Source of the DNA: a virus
Strand: one strand, 5' to 3'
Length of the DNA: 64,000 nt
IMG/VR virus record: IMGVR_UViG_3300031997_000620
Location: 19,234 to 83,233 of that record
Under the pieces are notes generated by a model, which saw only the letters and a program-made list of their open reading frames with translations, searched no databases and was not told the DNA's origin. The translations under genes and the position numbers were made by a program. This document shows positions 47,459 to 56,660 of the stretch, piece after piece; the first letter of the stretch is position 1; each line of letters opens with the position of its first letter.

Positions 47459-48177
47459 TCAAACCTCAAAATAGGGCCATTTTTATACGTTCCATTGTTA
47501 ACTAATTTACCTTTATTCATCATTCGTTTATAGTTATCAATTGTTGTATCTTTAGGGTTTTTAGGAACAACCTCACCCTGCTGTGTGCGACAAACAAACC
47601 TTTTATACCAACGGATATATCCGTGGTCCATTTCTTTTCTTTTCAGGCCCATTTTAGGAAAAACAAAATTATGGATAAAGATATCTTCCCAACCCCATGC
47701 TCCAGAAAAATCCTCGTCATATAAACCAGACTCTAACATTGCGTCCTTGTGGATGAAAAAACTATTACAATGAGGGTGCCTCATTCTTTCAGGTTTATGC
47801 TGACTAGGAAACCAAAGTCTAGGCCAATATGTCGTATCTTTACTCGGGTTTTCTTTAAAGAACCCATCAAAAGTAATATCTAAAACGCTCATATCAAAAT
47901 CTAAAGGAAATAACCATTCTCCAGTTGCCTGAGTAATACCTAAATTTCTAGCTCCTGTAACATTCCATTTAATATCTTCCAATACTTGGAAGACTTTAAT
48001 GTCTAATCCTTTAGCTTCTTTAAATAGGGATAAGTTAATCTTATCAGGAGAACCATCATCAACTATGATTATTTCTGTATTTCTCTTATTTTCTGGGCTC
48101 CAAGAATTCCAGTTGTTGATGTGCTCCGGTATAGCTTCATTATGATTATAAAAAGGATGGACGACACTTATCTTCAT
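47440..48177 (-). CDS. GT2/GT7-like glycosyltransferase
   Basis: IIVDDGS, WN..GARNLG, LDFD, H.NSF, YDEDF.G.WG.ED. Confidence 0.85.
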   Translation of the reverse strand: MKISVVHPFYNHNEAIPEHINNWNSWSPENKRNTEIIIVDDGSPDKINLSLFKEAKGLDIKVFQVLEDIKWNVTGARNLGITQATGEWLFPLDFDMSVLDITFDGFFKENPSKDTTYWPRLWFPSQHKPERMRHPHCNSFFIHKDAMLESGLYDEDFSGAWGWEDIFIHNFVFPKMGLKRKEMDHGYIRWYKRFVCRTQQGEVVPKNPKDTTIDNYKRMMNKGKLVNNGTYKNGPILRFEWKRIL

Positions 48178-48557
48178 TATTTGTTCCTTGTTAGTTCATA
48201 TTCAAATGCTGAAGATAGTTGACGACGAACCGCTTCAGGTGTATTATCACATATTTCTTCGATTAATTCAAGTGCAGTTTTAGGGGGAGCACTAAATGTT
48301 CGGCATGCTGATAAGGTCTCATAGCTGTTTGTTGAAATAATTTCAGTTAGTGTTTTATCAAATTCTCTTTTGAGTAAATCTCTATATTCACAACAATGAC
48401 GTGAATTTTTATCCCATAATGCTATGAGTGCAGAGTTAGGGCTGTCTTTTACGCTCTCTTCTCTTTTCTTATTTTCAAACCAAGAAAGTTTGTTTATCTC
48501 CACAATAAGGCGGTCTATAATATCAGCTAAAGTATTATAATTAGGAATCCTTTTCAT
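48177..48557 (-). CDS. Helical protein (DUF4254-like) associated with glycosylation clusters
   Basis: TLADIIDRL.V...K...R..LK..FD pattern. Confidence 0.5.
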   Translation of the reverse strand: MKRIPNYNTLADIIDRLIVEINKLSWFENKKREESVKDSPNSALIALWDKNSRHCCEYRDLLKREFDKTLTEIISTNSYETLSACRTFSAPPKTALELIEEICDNTPEAVRRQLSSAFEYELTRNK

Positions 48558-49072
48558 ACTTTCCTCCCACGAATCAGCAAAACTGGTTCTTGTTTGTAAT
48601 GCGAACTTACCATATCTTCTTTGTTTATAATACGAGTAAGATCATTAAACCCAGCACTTGCTAAATATTTAATTAAAGTTATGTGGTCAAAACCAAAATG
48701 ATGCGCCATCCCTCTTCGTTCAGTTTTACCATAAATAGAAGTTCTCCATTTATGTATTAAATCTTGATTCTCTGTATGATAAGCTTCATGCAAAAGAGTT
48801 ATAATCTCTTCAAAATCTGGAACTTCAATATAAACCGGACATTCGAGTTTAATGACTCTAACAATCTCTTTTAACATCACAGGAAACTTGTCTCTTGTTA
48901 AATGCTCCAATACGTGAATAGAATGAATTTCATCAAATGAGCTATCCTTAAAAGGAAGGTAGAACCCTGATCCTATGACATTAACCCCTTTACTTTTAAA
49001 GAGATCTAAATTAACCCATTCTTTTTCTCTGTATCGACCGTTTGCACAACTACTTCCAATATTAAGTTTCAT
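48554..49072 (-). CDS. Class I SAM-dependent methyltransferase (type 11-like)
   Basis: KLNIGS, WVNLD, LPFKDSSFDEI...HVLEH, EVPD, H..GF. Confidence 0.85.
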   Translation of the reverse strand: MKLNIGSSCANGRYREKEWVNLDLFKSKGVNVIGSGFYLPFKDSSFDEIHSIHVLEHLTRDKFPVMLKEIVRVIKLECPVYIEVPDFEEIITLLHEAYHTENQDLIHKWRTSIYGKTERRGMAHHFGFDHITLIKYLASAGFNDLTRIINKEDMVSSHYKQEPVLLIRGRKV

Positions 49073-49110
49073 TACTTTAGACCCAAAAACTTATATGCCC
49101 CTAAGTCCAC
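49072..49110 (-). other. 12-codon mini-ORF (MDLGAYKFLGLK) coupled to the first island gene
   Basis: AAGGAGGAGG RBS, GTG start, TAATG overlap; last 6 aa equal the C-terminus of 49141..50304. Confidence 0.55.
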
Positions 49111-49140
49111 AATTCCTCCTCCTTACCAATTATCACCTTT

Positions 49141-50304
49141 TTATTTGAGTCCGAGGAACTTAGCTACCGTAAGTAACTTTTGCGTAAACCATCCGAATGT
49201 CCCGCTCGTGGTATGGCTTGCAAGAATCTCGTCCCACGTCGCACCAGACACAGAGCTAGTATTGATATCAATTCGTGACCCCCGAACTAAGTAATCTGCA
49301 TCTAAAATGTATACAGCATCATCAGCAGTCCTTTCTCCTATTCCAAACAAATACTGAATTGGACCGGGAAAAGTATTTGCCTCATTAGATAAGAATCCGC
49401 CCTGCATTACAACTCCAATAAGCACTCTTGCATTAGCATTGCGAATATTAAAGTTTCCTGCTGTCATTGCAACGAACTGCGTAGGACTGATTGTTGGAGA
49501 ATTGAAGTCAATGATAGTACCCGTAAGATCTAGGAAGTTAGCACGCAATCCACGGAATAGGCCCCCATTAGCTATCTTAATTGTCCCAGAAAATCCACAA
49601 TCAGTAAATACACCATCTATGCCAGTCGTAGTTCCAGATGTTGTTCCAATTAGGCTTTCTGATGCAGAAATCGTTCCGGTAAGGTCTCCTCTAATTCCAA
49701 TGCGTTCAAAGGAAGAATCCGAAACCGAAGCTCCAGATGTTATGGTAACAATATCTTGCCTAGGTTCTTCTCCTGCAAATCTCCAATTTGTATGAGTTGT
49801 CGTAACGGTAATCGCTCCGTTAATATGGTAGTCCCTCAATCCCAGATAAACAGCAATTGCATAGGCATCAGAAACGTTATCTACAGGAACGCCGGGTGTC
49901 CCAACAGGAAATGAGAATACCCCAGGGGTAGGAAGAGCCACTCCCGCACCTGTAGTATCGATATGAACCGCTGATTCATAACGAGAAATAGCTATTTGAT
50001 CGGGATGACCGCCAAGAACAATCTTGCCATCTTGTACTTGTCCGGTGAGGGTATCCGTCATGATATAATGGTACTCAGTTAGAACAGTCGGCTGTGTAGT
50101 GATGTTGGCCGTGCTCCACTTATAGGTTGATCGAATTCCAATAGTAGAAGCGGTCATCTCAGTACAGTTTGGGGTATTAAGTATCTCAAGTGCAGCCGTC
50201 TCGATATTAATCAAAATGATTTGAATCTGAGAAGGGGTACGACCCGCAGTAAATTTTCCAAGAAGATTTGTCGTTTCTCCCATCGCTTTAGTAGCGTATC
50301 TCAT
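49141..50304 (-). CDS. Putative virion structural protein (beta-helix-like)
   Basis: Thr/Gly-rich beta repeats; C-terminal WDE.L..H...GTFG motif common in phage structural proteins. Confidence 0.55.
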   Translation of the reverse strand: MRYATKAMGETTNLLGKFTAGRTPSQIQIILINIETAALEILNTPNCTEMTASTIGIRSTYKWSTANITTQPTVLTEYHYIMTDTLTGQVQDGKIVLGGHPDQIAISRYESAVHIDTTGAGVALPTPGVFSFPVGTPGVPVDNVSDAYAIAVYLGLRDYHINGAITVTTTHTNWRFAGEEPRQDIVTITSGASVSDSSFERIGIRGDLTGTISASESLIGTTSGTTTGIDGVFTDCGFSGTIKIANGGLFRGLRANFLDLTGTIIDFNSPTISPTQFVAMTAGNFNIRNANARVLIGVVMQGGFLSNEANTFPGPIQYLFGIGERTADDAVYILDADYLVRGSRIDINTSSVSGATWDEILASHTTSGTFGWFTQKLLTVAKFLGLK

Positions 50305-52109
50305 GTGGACAACTCTCCTTCATAATCTGTTCGAAGGATATCTACCGGAAAGTCAAAGTCAATTTTTGCAGAGTGCATAGAGAAATAAGAGTCCATACGT
50401 CTATAGCCTGCACCTTCTACAACGACTCTATGTGAATAGTCAAAGAAAAATTGTGTAGCGCCATCGGAAGTCGAGAATGACCTAATTAGATCAAGCCCAG
50501 ATCCAACAAGGATCGCGCCGGGATCTGTGGGAGGAATTCGTCCTGTAGCATCTGTTGTAAATGGCGAGCCCGTTAGTGGAGTTTCAACTAAAGTAAGTTC
50601 ATCAACGGAATACACTGAAATTTTCAGATTTTGAATAGGGATAGGAACTCCCGATCCTCGTTCTACAAAGCGAGGAGCCCAAGTGTATGAAACATACCCA
50701 AGCCCAGTGTCCGCGCCAATATCAAAAAGATCAGAAGCACGATAAGGGAAACGGGGATTCAAAACTGTTAGAGTTCCGTTCAAAACTCCAAAATACGGAA
50801 GCGGAAGATCCTCAGCTCCTAGGAATCCTTGGATGTATCCCACAACCCCTCCTGTAACATACCCGATAGCAGGAGGAGATGTACTGGAAGAAGTAAAAAG
50901 AGCATTATCATACCCTGCCGGAGAGGTGCCAAGAATACGAATGCCCGCGGATGTAGGACGGTTAATGTTACTTTCAACAACTCCTGTAAACACCGCTCCA
51001 GTCACAGGAGAACTACCACCTGGGGCTACTAAAGACATTCCGTCAACCAAACTCGCAATCATACTCCCTTGATTACCAGATGCTAGTGTTTGCTGTCCAG
51101 TTGCTTGGATTGATGACATAGCAGACAAATATAAAGAGCAAGACAGCCCATCCGCAGGGCCAGGGGCTTGCGCGACGCAAGATGGAGACCACCCAAACCA
51201 GAATGATCCAAAATCTGCTCCATATCTGTCTGATCCTGCACGTCCAAGACGAATCAAATCTCCGGGGGAATTACCAGTTCCATAGTTAATAAAACATTGA
51301 GCCGCATCTGCTCGATCAGCAACGACTACTTCACGCTCTGAAACCCAGTTCGAAGCGACATTTGTTGTGTGCGCTATATTGATAGTTCTAAGCCCCGATG
51401 TTGTAATTAAGGTTAGTCTATTTCCCAAACTTCGAATAGTAACATAATCTGAACCTACTGAAGAATCTGGGCCTTTTGCATTGGTTTGTAAACCAAGCCA
51501 AGAGGGTGTTGCTTCATCGGTTATGGTACAGAGATAAGAACCACCCTTTACTTCACATGTGCCCGCACCTGTTCTTTTCTTAAGTTTTGTCTTTCCTTTA
51601 GAAGCTCCAGCTACTCGAATTTGTCTCTCAGAAATTACCTCTTCAACTCTATACAGTCCTGATAGATAAAATCCTGCACCTAGAACGAATGCAGTGTCTC
51701 CTCTCCGCACACTATTTGTTTGGAATGTAGCAGGAGTAGTGCCACTACAATCAATAATACTTCCACCATAAAAATTGGTAATTGTTCTAGCCGCTTGTAA
51801 TGTAGTTGATTCGCTGTTATACCAGAGACAAACTCCATTAGCATTCAAACCTTCAGTTTTAAGTCCACCTTCGGCAATCTTAAAAATTCGAGTTCCAGTA
51901 GTTATTGAAGCCACAGTAAAGATGCCGTTATTTGCCGGTTGAACTTTTCCAGAAACCTTTATTACATCTCCAACTTCAAAAATTCCTCCTCCGGAAAAGT
52001 TAGCGGATACTGTAATGGTATCCGGAGCAGTCATCTGCGGGCCAAGAGTTGCCCCTGATTTTGATTGGAAGCCTCCGGTACCATCTCTAACTTCAATCTC
52101 GTAACTCAT
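50301..52109 (-). CDS. Putative virion fibre/appendage protein
   Basis: 602 aa Ser/Thr/Gly-rich; repeated F.VGD.I.V.G....NG.F.V modules. Confidence 0.55.
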   Translation of the reverse strand: MSYEIEVRDGTGGFQSKSGATLGPQMTAPDTITVSANFSGGGIFEVGDVIKVSGKVQPANNGIFTVASITTGTRIFKIAEGGLKTEGLNANGVCLWYNSESTTLQAARTITNFYGGSIIDCSGTTPATFQTNSVRRGDTAFVLGAGFYLSGLYRVEEVISERQIRVAGASKGKTKLKKRTGAGTCEVKGGSYLCTITDEATPSWLGLQTNAKGPDSSVGSDYVTIRSLGNRLTLITTSGLRTINIAHTTNVASNWVSEREVVVADRADAAQCFINYGTGNSPGDLIRLGRAGSDRYGADFGSFWFGWSPSCVAQAPGPADGLSCSLYLSAMSSIQATGQQTLASGNQGSMIASLVDGMSLVAPGGSSPVTGAVFTGVVESNINRPTSAGIRILGTSPAGYDNALFTSSSTSPPAIGYVTGGVVGYIQGFLGAEDLPLPYFGVLNGTLTVLNPRFPYRASDLFDIGADTGLGYVSYTWAPRFVERGSGVPIPIQNLKISVYSVDELTLVETPLTGSPFTTDATGRIPPTDPGAILVGSGLDLIRSFSTSDGATQFFFDYSHRVVVEGAGYRRMDSYFSMHSAKIDFDFPVDILRTDYEGELST

Positions 52110-52624
52110 AGATTAGCAATCTCTTCCGAGATGGACTCCGCTAATTGCATATATCTAGTTTTTTGACTATTAAGAGATACTACACCAAGATCAAATATAA
52201 CCAAAGTGTCTGTCTTAATTTGAGATGGAGGAAAGGTAGAATTAATAGTAGATCTGGCAACTACTGAACTAGTGAGTTGACGAGTTATTGTTGTTAAAAT
52301 TGCATTAACATTGTTTAAATCAGTAGTTAATCTGTCTAGCTTAAATGGGCCATTTATAAAGACAGCGCGAATGTCTCTAACTACTCGTAAACGTTGCGCT
52401 TCCGTTGAGCCCTGAAATGCAGCACGGACTGCTTCAAAAGTCGCAATCTTAATTACCATTCGCGTAATAAGTTCCGAATATAGAAGGGCAGAAACAGCAT
52501 TGATATCTGCTGTTAGATATCCTAGAGATTTAGCATATGTGACAAAACCGGCTGAAGTCCCATCTATCGGGTGTGCGGCAAGATAGACCCAAACTTGATC
52601 GTATACCTCTAATAGAGCAGACAT
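52106..52624 (-). CDS. Hypothetical protein
   Basis: 172 aa helical, ATGA-coupled to the downstream gene. Confidence 0.55.
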   Translation of the reverse strand: MSALLEVYDQVWVYLAAHPIDGTSAGFVTYAKSLGYLTADINAVSALLYSELITRMVIKIATFEAVRAAFQGSTEAQRLRVVRDIRAVFINGPFKLDRLTTDLNNVNAILTTITRQLTSSVVARSTINSTFPPSQIKTDTLVIFDLGVVSLNSQKTRYMQLAESISEEIANL

Positions 52625-52651
52625 AAGGTTGATTCTCTCCCAGCACGAACG

Positions 52652-53011
52652 CTAGAGGTAGGTTAATGACAATCTGTTATCCCAGATCTTATCATAGTTA
52701 TTGTTTCCACTCGCCCACTTAATGACCAAATCCGGGTTTGTGCTAGACTCGTCCATCCGTTTAATTCTCCAAACCGCAGCAGACGTAGCAGATCCGGGAG
52801 GTGCTTCTCCAATATAAGTGTAAGTACTTACTTCATCTAGTTGTAGGGCTTGCGGTGCGGCCATAGCTGCATCCTCCAATCCTTTTAAGTAATCTCCGAA
52901 ACCTGTTCCATTAGAGGGTGCATAAGGAAACGTAGATCTAAAGTTAGGGTCGTTTCTCGGCCACCCATTTAGGCGATCAACCTGCTCATCTGAAAGTGTA
53001 AATGCAGCCAT
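52652..53011 (-). CDS. Phage structural-module protein
   Basis: YIG.A.PGS.TS.A.WRIKR...WDNR.SLTY motif widespread in phage virion genes. Confidence 0.6.
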   Translation of the reverse strand: MAAFTLSDEQVDRLNGWPRNDPNFRSTFPYAPSNGTGFGDYLKGLEDAAMAAPQALQLDEVSTYTYIGEAPPGSATSAAVWRIKRMDESSTNPDLVIKWASGNNNYDKIWDNRLSLTYL

Positions 53012-53416
53012 TTAAGCTCCTTTATTAAGGAGTCCGCTTAAGTTGATATTTACCACAACTCCACCATTACCCTCTTCTTCGCCATCATCACAACAAGGAG
53101 GATCTTCCTTTGAAATCAATAGGCTATGTGCGACTCTAGCTTCTTTATCTAGAAGTTTCTTGAGATCCTTATCAGCATCTCGATAATGATTTTCAAAATA
53201 ACCTTTGCTATAGACGTTATCCATCGCATCGCGCACCTTCATAATCGGCTTGATCCGTCGGGTAAACTTGTTGAAAAACCTTGCAGCAAGAGTAGCCGCC
53301 ATTGACGGAGGTGCTTCTCCGTCGCCTCCAAACGGAACAGGAGTGTGCGTAGGAAACAGTGTATCCGAAAGATGAACCTTGTTTTCCTGCGTAGGTGACC
53401 TATCTAGTAGTGCCAT
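53012..53416 (-). CDS. Hypothetical protein
   Basis: 134 aa, closely packed with neighbours. Confidence 0.55.
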   Translation of the reverse strand: MALLDRSPTQENKVHLSDTLFPTHTPVPFGGDGEAPPSMAATLAARFFNKFTRRIKPIMKVRDAMDNVYSKGYFENHYRDADKDLKKLLDKEARVAHSLLISKEDPPCCDDGEEEGNGGVVVNINLSGLLNKGA

Positions 53417-53418
53417 AG

Positions 53419-53709
53419 TTACCTTCCTGCTCCTGAAACTACTTGCTCTCTCGTGCGCCCAGTCATTTTAGCGGTCGCCGTAACCGAGGGGCTGGATGCG
53501 AGGTTTCCTGTTTGGCCTTCTGCTTTGCGCTGCTCCAGGGCAATGTTAGCTGCAAAAGGAAGTCCAATTGGCCCCATTTGCTGAACCGCTTGCCGAAGCC
53601 TGGGGGCAATCATATCCGACCCTGTACCAATTCCCAAGCGTTCGGACATGTCGCCGAGCATGCCCTTCTTCTTCTTGGGCGTCGATTCAGAGCTTTCGGC
53701 TGTTGACAC
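53419..53709 (-). CDS. Small basic low-complexity protein
   Basis: 96 aa, tightly packed. Confidence 0.5.
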   Translation of the reverse strand: MSTAESSESTPKKKKGMLGDMSERLGIGTGSDMIAPRLRQAVQQMGPIGLPFAANIALEQRKAEGQTGNLASSPSVTATAKMTGRTREQVVSGAGR

Positions 53710-53711
53710 AG

Positions 53712-53975
53712 TTACTTTCCACCCATCTTTGCATTAGCGGCAGCATTTCTATCTGCCCAATACTTAGAGATCTTCGCTCTATCAGCAGCGGTCTTTGCCA
53801 TCCTCTCTGCGGCCGTCGGTCCTACATACTTAGCCGGAGGCGGATGTTGAGCGGGAGTTAAGGTCTTGCCTTCGGGACCAATAGGCTTTTCGGTGCTAGG
53901 GGTTCCAACAATAATCCTCATCGGAGATTTCTTGCCAAGCGGTCCACCGGCTACTTTTTCTCTTAGTGTTGCCAT
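53712..53975 (-). CDS. Small basic protein (MATLREKV...)
   Basis: AAGGA RBS; Lys/Pro/Ala-rich. Confidence 0.55.
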   Translation of the reverse strand: MATLREKVAGGPLGKKSPMRIIVGTPSTEKPIGPEGKTLTPAQHPPPAKYVGPTAAERMAKTAADRAKISKYWADRNAAANAKMGGK

Positions 53976-53987
53976 AATTAGTTTCCT

Positions 53988-54551
53988 TTATGATTCATAC
54001 TTTCCGCCACGTAGCGGAGGTTTCGACTTGTTAAGTTGCCCGAGAAGGCTTGAACTAAAATCCTCTGCCCCGGCGGCCCCCCCTTTAGGGTAAAGTTCCG
54101 GGTTACGTTGTCCACTTTTCCATCCAAGCTTTCGCTTTCTTTTGTCCAGCTCACCAGCGGCACTGCCCGAGGCAGTCTGTCTGGTTCGATCAAATCGGCC
54201 AAGACCCGCATCAACTTCTTGGCCCATTTCAGATTTCACCGAAGCAATGTCTTCGGTGCCTAGAGAGGGCTTATAAGGACTTTTAGCAAAATCCATTGCT
54301 GATTTCATGGGGATGCCCTCTTCTCCCATTGTGGGGGGCAGGCCCATCGAAACTCGGCCTAATTCGCTCTTACCGGATAATCCTGCTTTTGACATTTCAA
54401 CTAGATCAGAAGCCGACTTCATTCTTTTTTCTTTAGAAGACTCGCGGGCTAACAAGGCAGAACTTGCGGCTTCAACCCCTGATATGCCCAGCGCCGTTCC
54501 CAGCTTTTTAGCTTTTTGGCGAGTAGTCATGGGGGCCTTCGCTGCTTCCAC
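53988..54551 (-). CDS. Basic low-complexity protein
   Basis: AGGAG RBS, downstream of a late promoter motif. Confidence 0.55.
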   Translation of the reverse strand: MEAAKAPMTTRQKAKKLGTALGISGVEAASSALLARESSKEKRMKSASDLVEMSKAGLSGKSELGRVSMGLPPTMGEEGIPMKSAMDFAKSPYKPSLGTEDIASVKSEMGQEVDAGLGRFDRTRQTASGSAAGELDKRKRKLGWKSGQRNPELYPKGGAAGAEDFSSSLLGQLNKSKPPLRGGKYES

Positions 54552-54570
54552 TAAAAGTCTCCTAATAATA

Positions 54571-54590
54571 GTCCTATTAAATTATCACTA
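54571..54590 (-). promoter_or_regulatory. Putative late promoter motif TAGTGATAATTTAATAGGAC
   Basis: 20-nt exact match with 60611-60630. Confidence 0.75.
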
Positions 54591-54605
54591 TTCTGAATTG
54601 TTTAA

Positions 54606-54977
54606 TTAAGGTAAAGGCCAATCGAAATAAAAGATAGGCTTCTTCTGCTTTTCAAACTCTTCTATTTCGATTTTAATGCCCTGAGAATTCTCCCAACCCG
54701 GCATCCTTAGTACGATTAGCCCCGCTGCCAAGTGCATGAAAGGCTTATCCAAAGGAATCCAAATAGCATGATCTCTAGGGTCAATATCTCCATGAATAGC
54801 AATAGGGTGAGTGTGTGCGATTGGACAAAAGATGGTAATCCCCATTCCAATAAACCATGCCGCCGCTCTAGCAGCATCTTCAAAGGCAACATGAATTCCT
54901 TGGGGGTGTTGAGAATAGACAGTAGCGAGGTACATGTACCCACTACCACACGCCTTCTTAACTTGGTACAGACTCAT
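54606..54977 (-). CDS. DUF1937-like protein (nucleoside 2-deoxyribosyltransferase-like fold)
   Basis: YLATVYS, FCPIAHTHPI, W...D..F, LIVL.MPGWE.S.G...EI. Confidence 0.8.
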   Translation of the reverse strand: MSLYQVKKACGSGYMYLATVYSQHPQGIHVAFEDAARAAAWFIGMGITIFCPIAHTHPIAIHGDIDPRDHAIWIPLDKPFMHLAAGLIVLRMPGWENSQGIKIEIEEFEKQKKPIFYFDWPLP

Positions 54978-54987
54978 TTCCTCCTCC

Positions 54988-55395
54988 TTACATCCCGAAT
55001 GGGGTATAGTTCGTCGAAAAACCTAGGTTTCTTAAACGTTCTAACATAATCCTAGCGGCGGGAGGATTCCACGAGTGGATCACAATACGACATTTATTAT
55101 GGAGGAGTGATTTGGTAACTAGGAGATTTTTTTCAAGGTATCTTATTACTTCCATCCCACTCTCAGGGCTTTTGAAGTTCTGCTCTCCAACACCCAGATC
55201 GTGGTCAAGGAACATCAGCGTTAGGCGATCATGATAATCCCTAATCGTAATGATGGCTTCTTCTGCTGACTTGCACCAGATCGTTCTGCTTTGTTCCGCA
55301 CTATTCAATTTTTCACAGAACTTAGCGGCCCTCTCCGCAGCATCGTCCAGAAACAAAATCATGCCCTCGTTAGATGAACTTATAGACGGTCCCAT
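54988..55395 (-). CDS. Cyclic-phosphate-processing receiver-domain protein
   Basis: ILFLDD...R, LDHDLG, SGMEV, IHSWNP.AA..M. Confidence 0.75.
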   Translation of the reverse strand: MGPSISSSNEGMILFLDDAAERAAKFCEKLNSAEQSRTIWCKSAEEAIITIRDYHDRLTLMFLDHDLGVGEQNFKSPESGMEVIRYLEKNLLVTKSLLHNKCRIVIHSWNPPAARIMLERLRNLGFSTNYTPFGM

Positions 55396-55882
55396 ACCCT
55401 AACGGCCTCCCTAGTGCCCTCGCTCTTGATTTGAAATTCGGTTGCTGAAATATCGTGCCTGTTTTCGACTGTCCAGTCGCAAGGCCCGCTAGCATCGTTG
55501 TAGCAACAGTCGCGCTTTGATTGCCTATATGAGAAATACGCGGCCCCTGAAGCTGTTCTTGGTGCATCTGGGGAGTGGCCCGTATTAGACTCCCGGCAGT
55601 CGATCTGGCTCTAGACTCTTTGTCTTCTCCCTCATACCTAGCAGGTGTTCCTCGAATTGTCTTGGGCCGCCCTTGGAAAGCCCACGGGTGAATAGCGGGG
55701 CGACGGCCCCATCCTACAGACGCCTTCGAGCGGGAACCTGCATCTTGCGTACTAAGGGCTTCATTTACCGCATTTAGATTAAAGGGGTTATCTTTAAACT
55801 TCTCGCGCAACGCCTGCTCCTTATTGAGCTTAAGAGCGGCTGCTGTTTTGTTTGCGGTAGGATTATTGCTTCCGACGTTCAT
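55370..55882 (-). CDS. Basic low-complexity protein
   Basis: 170 aa; ATG only 5 nt from the GATAAT box (possibly leaderless). Confidence 0.5.
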   Translation of the reverse strand: MNVGSNNPTANKTAAALKLNKEQALREKFKDNPFNLNAVNEALSTQDAGSRSKASVGWGRRPAIHPWAFQGRPKTIRGTPARYEGEDKESRARSTAGSLIRATPQMHQEQLQGPRISHIGNQSATVATTMLAGLATGQSKTGTIFQQPNFKSRARALGRPLGYGTVYKFI

Positions 55883-55887
55883 ACCCT

Positions 55888-55916
55888 ATTATCACCTTTT
55901 CTTAGAAAAATGGCAA
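55888..55916 (-). promoter_or_regulatory. Sigma70-like promoter TTGCCA-N17-GATAAT
   Basis: 17-nt spacer TTTTTCTAAGAAAAGGT. Confidence 0.65.
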
Positions 55917-55919
55917 CTA

Positions 55920-56660
55920 CTACTCCTGTGACACGTCGTAGAGGTTCTTAATGGCGTCCCCAGCAGCCAGGGCTAGCCCTAGATACCGGCTTTTACGAGC
56001 AATGGACCTGACGACCCCTCTCCTGTTTAAAAGCTTTCCTAGGAGACCAGGGGTGCTGGAAGCATTGGCAATACGAGTATTTAGACCACTCAAAATTCTA
56101 CCTGTTTGCTTGCGTTTAGACAACAGTTCTGCGGCTGCTGAGGGCTCTGCACCTCTCCTTGCCGTAGCAAGTCTTTCAGCCAACGGGAGCCTTGTTGCTT
56201 CTTTGTGAATCCGCATAGACTCACCAACCGGAGCTTTTGTCTTTGCCGCAGCCTCTTCACGAGTTAGATATTCGCCTGTTTTGGTGTCCGAGAAGCCGGT
56301 TTGCTCATTAAACTCTCCAGCGTCCCCACCCTTCTTAGGCTTGAAATATTCATCTATTAGTGCATCTACTTTATCAAACTTCTTTGTGCTAATGCCTCTC
56401 GCCTTAGCCTCACGCTGAATAACGTCGTAGTGGGTCTCTCCGGGGAGCCCTCTAGTTACCTTGCCTTCTATACTACGAATTGCAGGAATAACAGGATGAG
56501 ACTGTATGAGCTTACTAAGTGCTTTACTTCGAGACTTGCTAGGAGCCTGACTAGCAATGAGCTTTGCAGGTACAAGGTTCCTTACGTTGGACTTTTCGAC
56601 ACCCTTAACAAACTCTTCACGCGCCGCAACTCTTTGTTTTTTGTAGTCCGGTGCTGCCAT
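55920..56660 (-). CDS. Basic hypothetical protein with a small conserved phage domain
   Basis: PAIR...G.V..G....TH, GF....G.YLTREEA; TAATG-coupled ATG at 56660. Confidence 0.55.
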   Translation of the reverse strand: MAAPDYKKQRVAAREEFVKGVEKSNVRNLVPAKLIASQAPSKSRSKALSKLIQSHPVIPAIRSIEGKVTRGLPGETHYDVIQREAKARGISTKKFDKVDALIDEYFKPKKGGDAGEFNEQTGFSDTKTGEYLTREEAAAKTKAPVGESMRIHKEATRLPLAERLATARRGAEPSAAAELLSKRKQTGRILSGLNTRIANASSTPGLLGKLLNRRGVVRSIARKSRYLGLALAAGDAIKNLYDVSQE

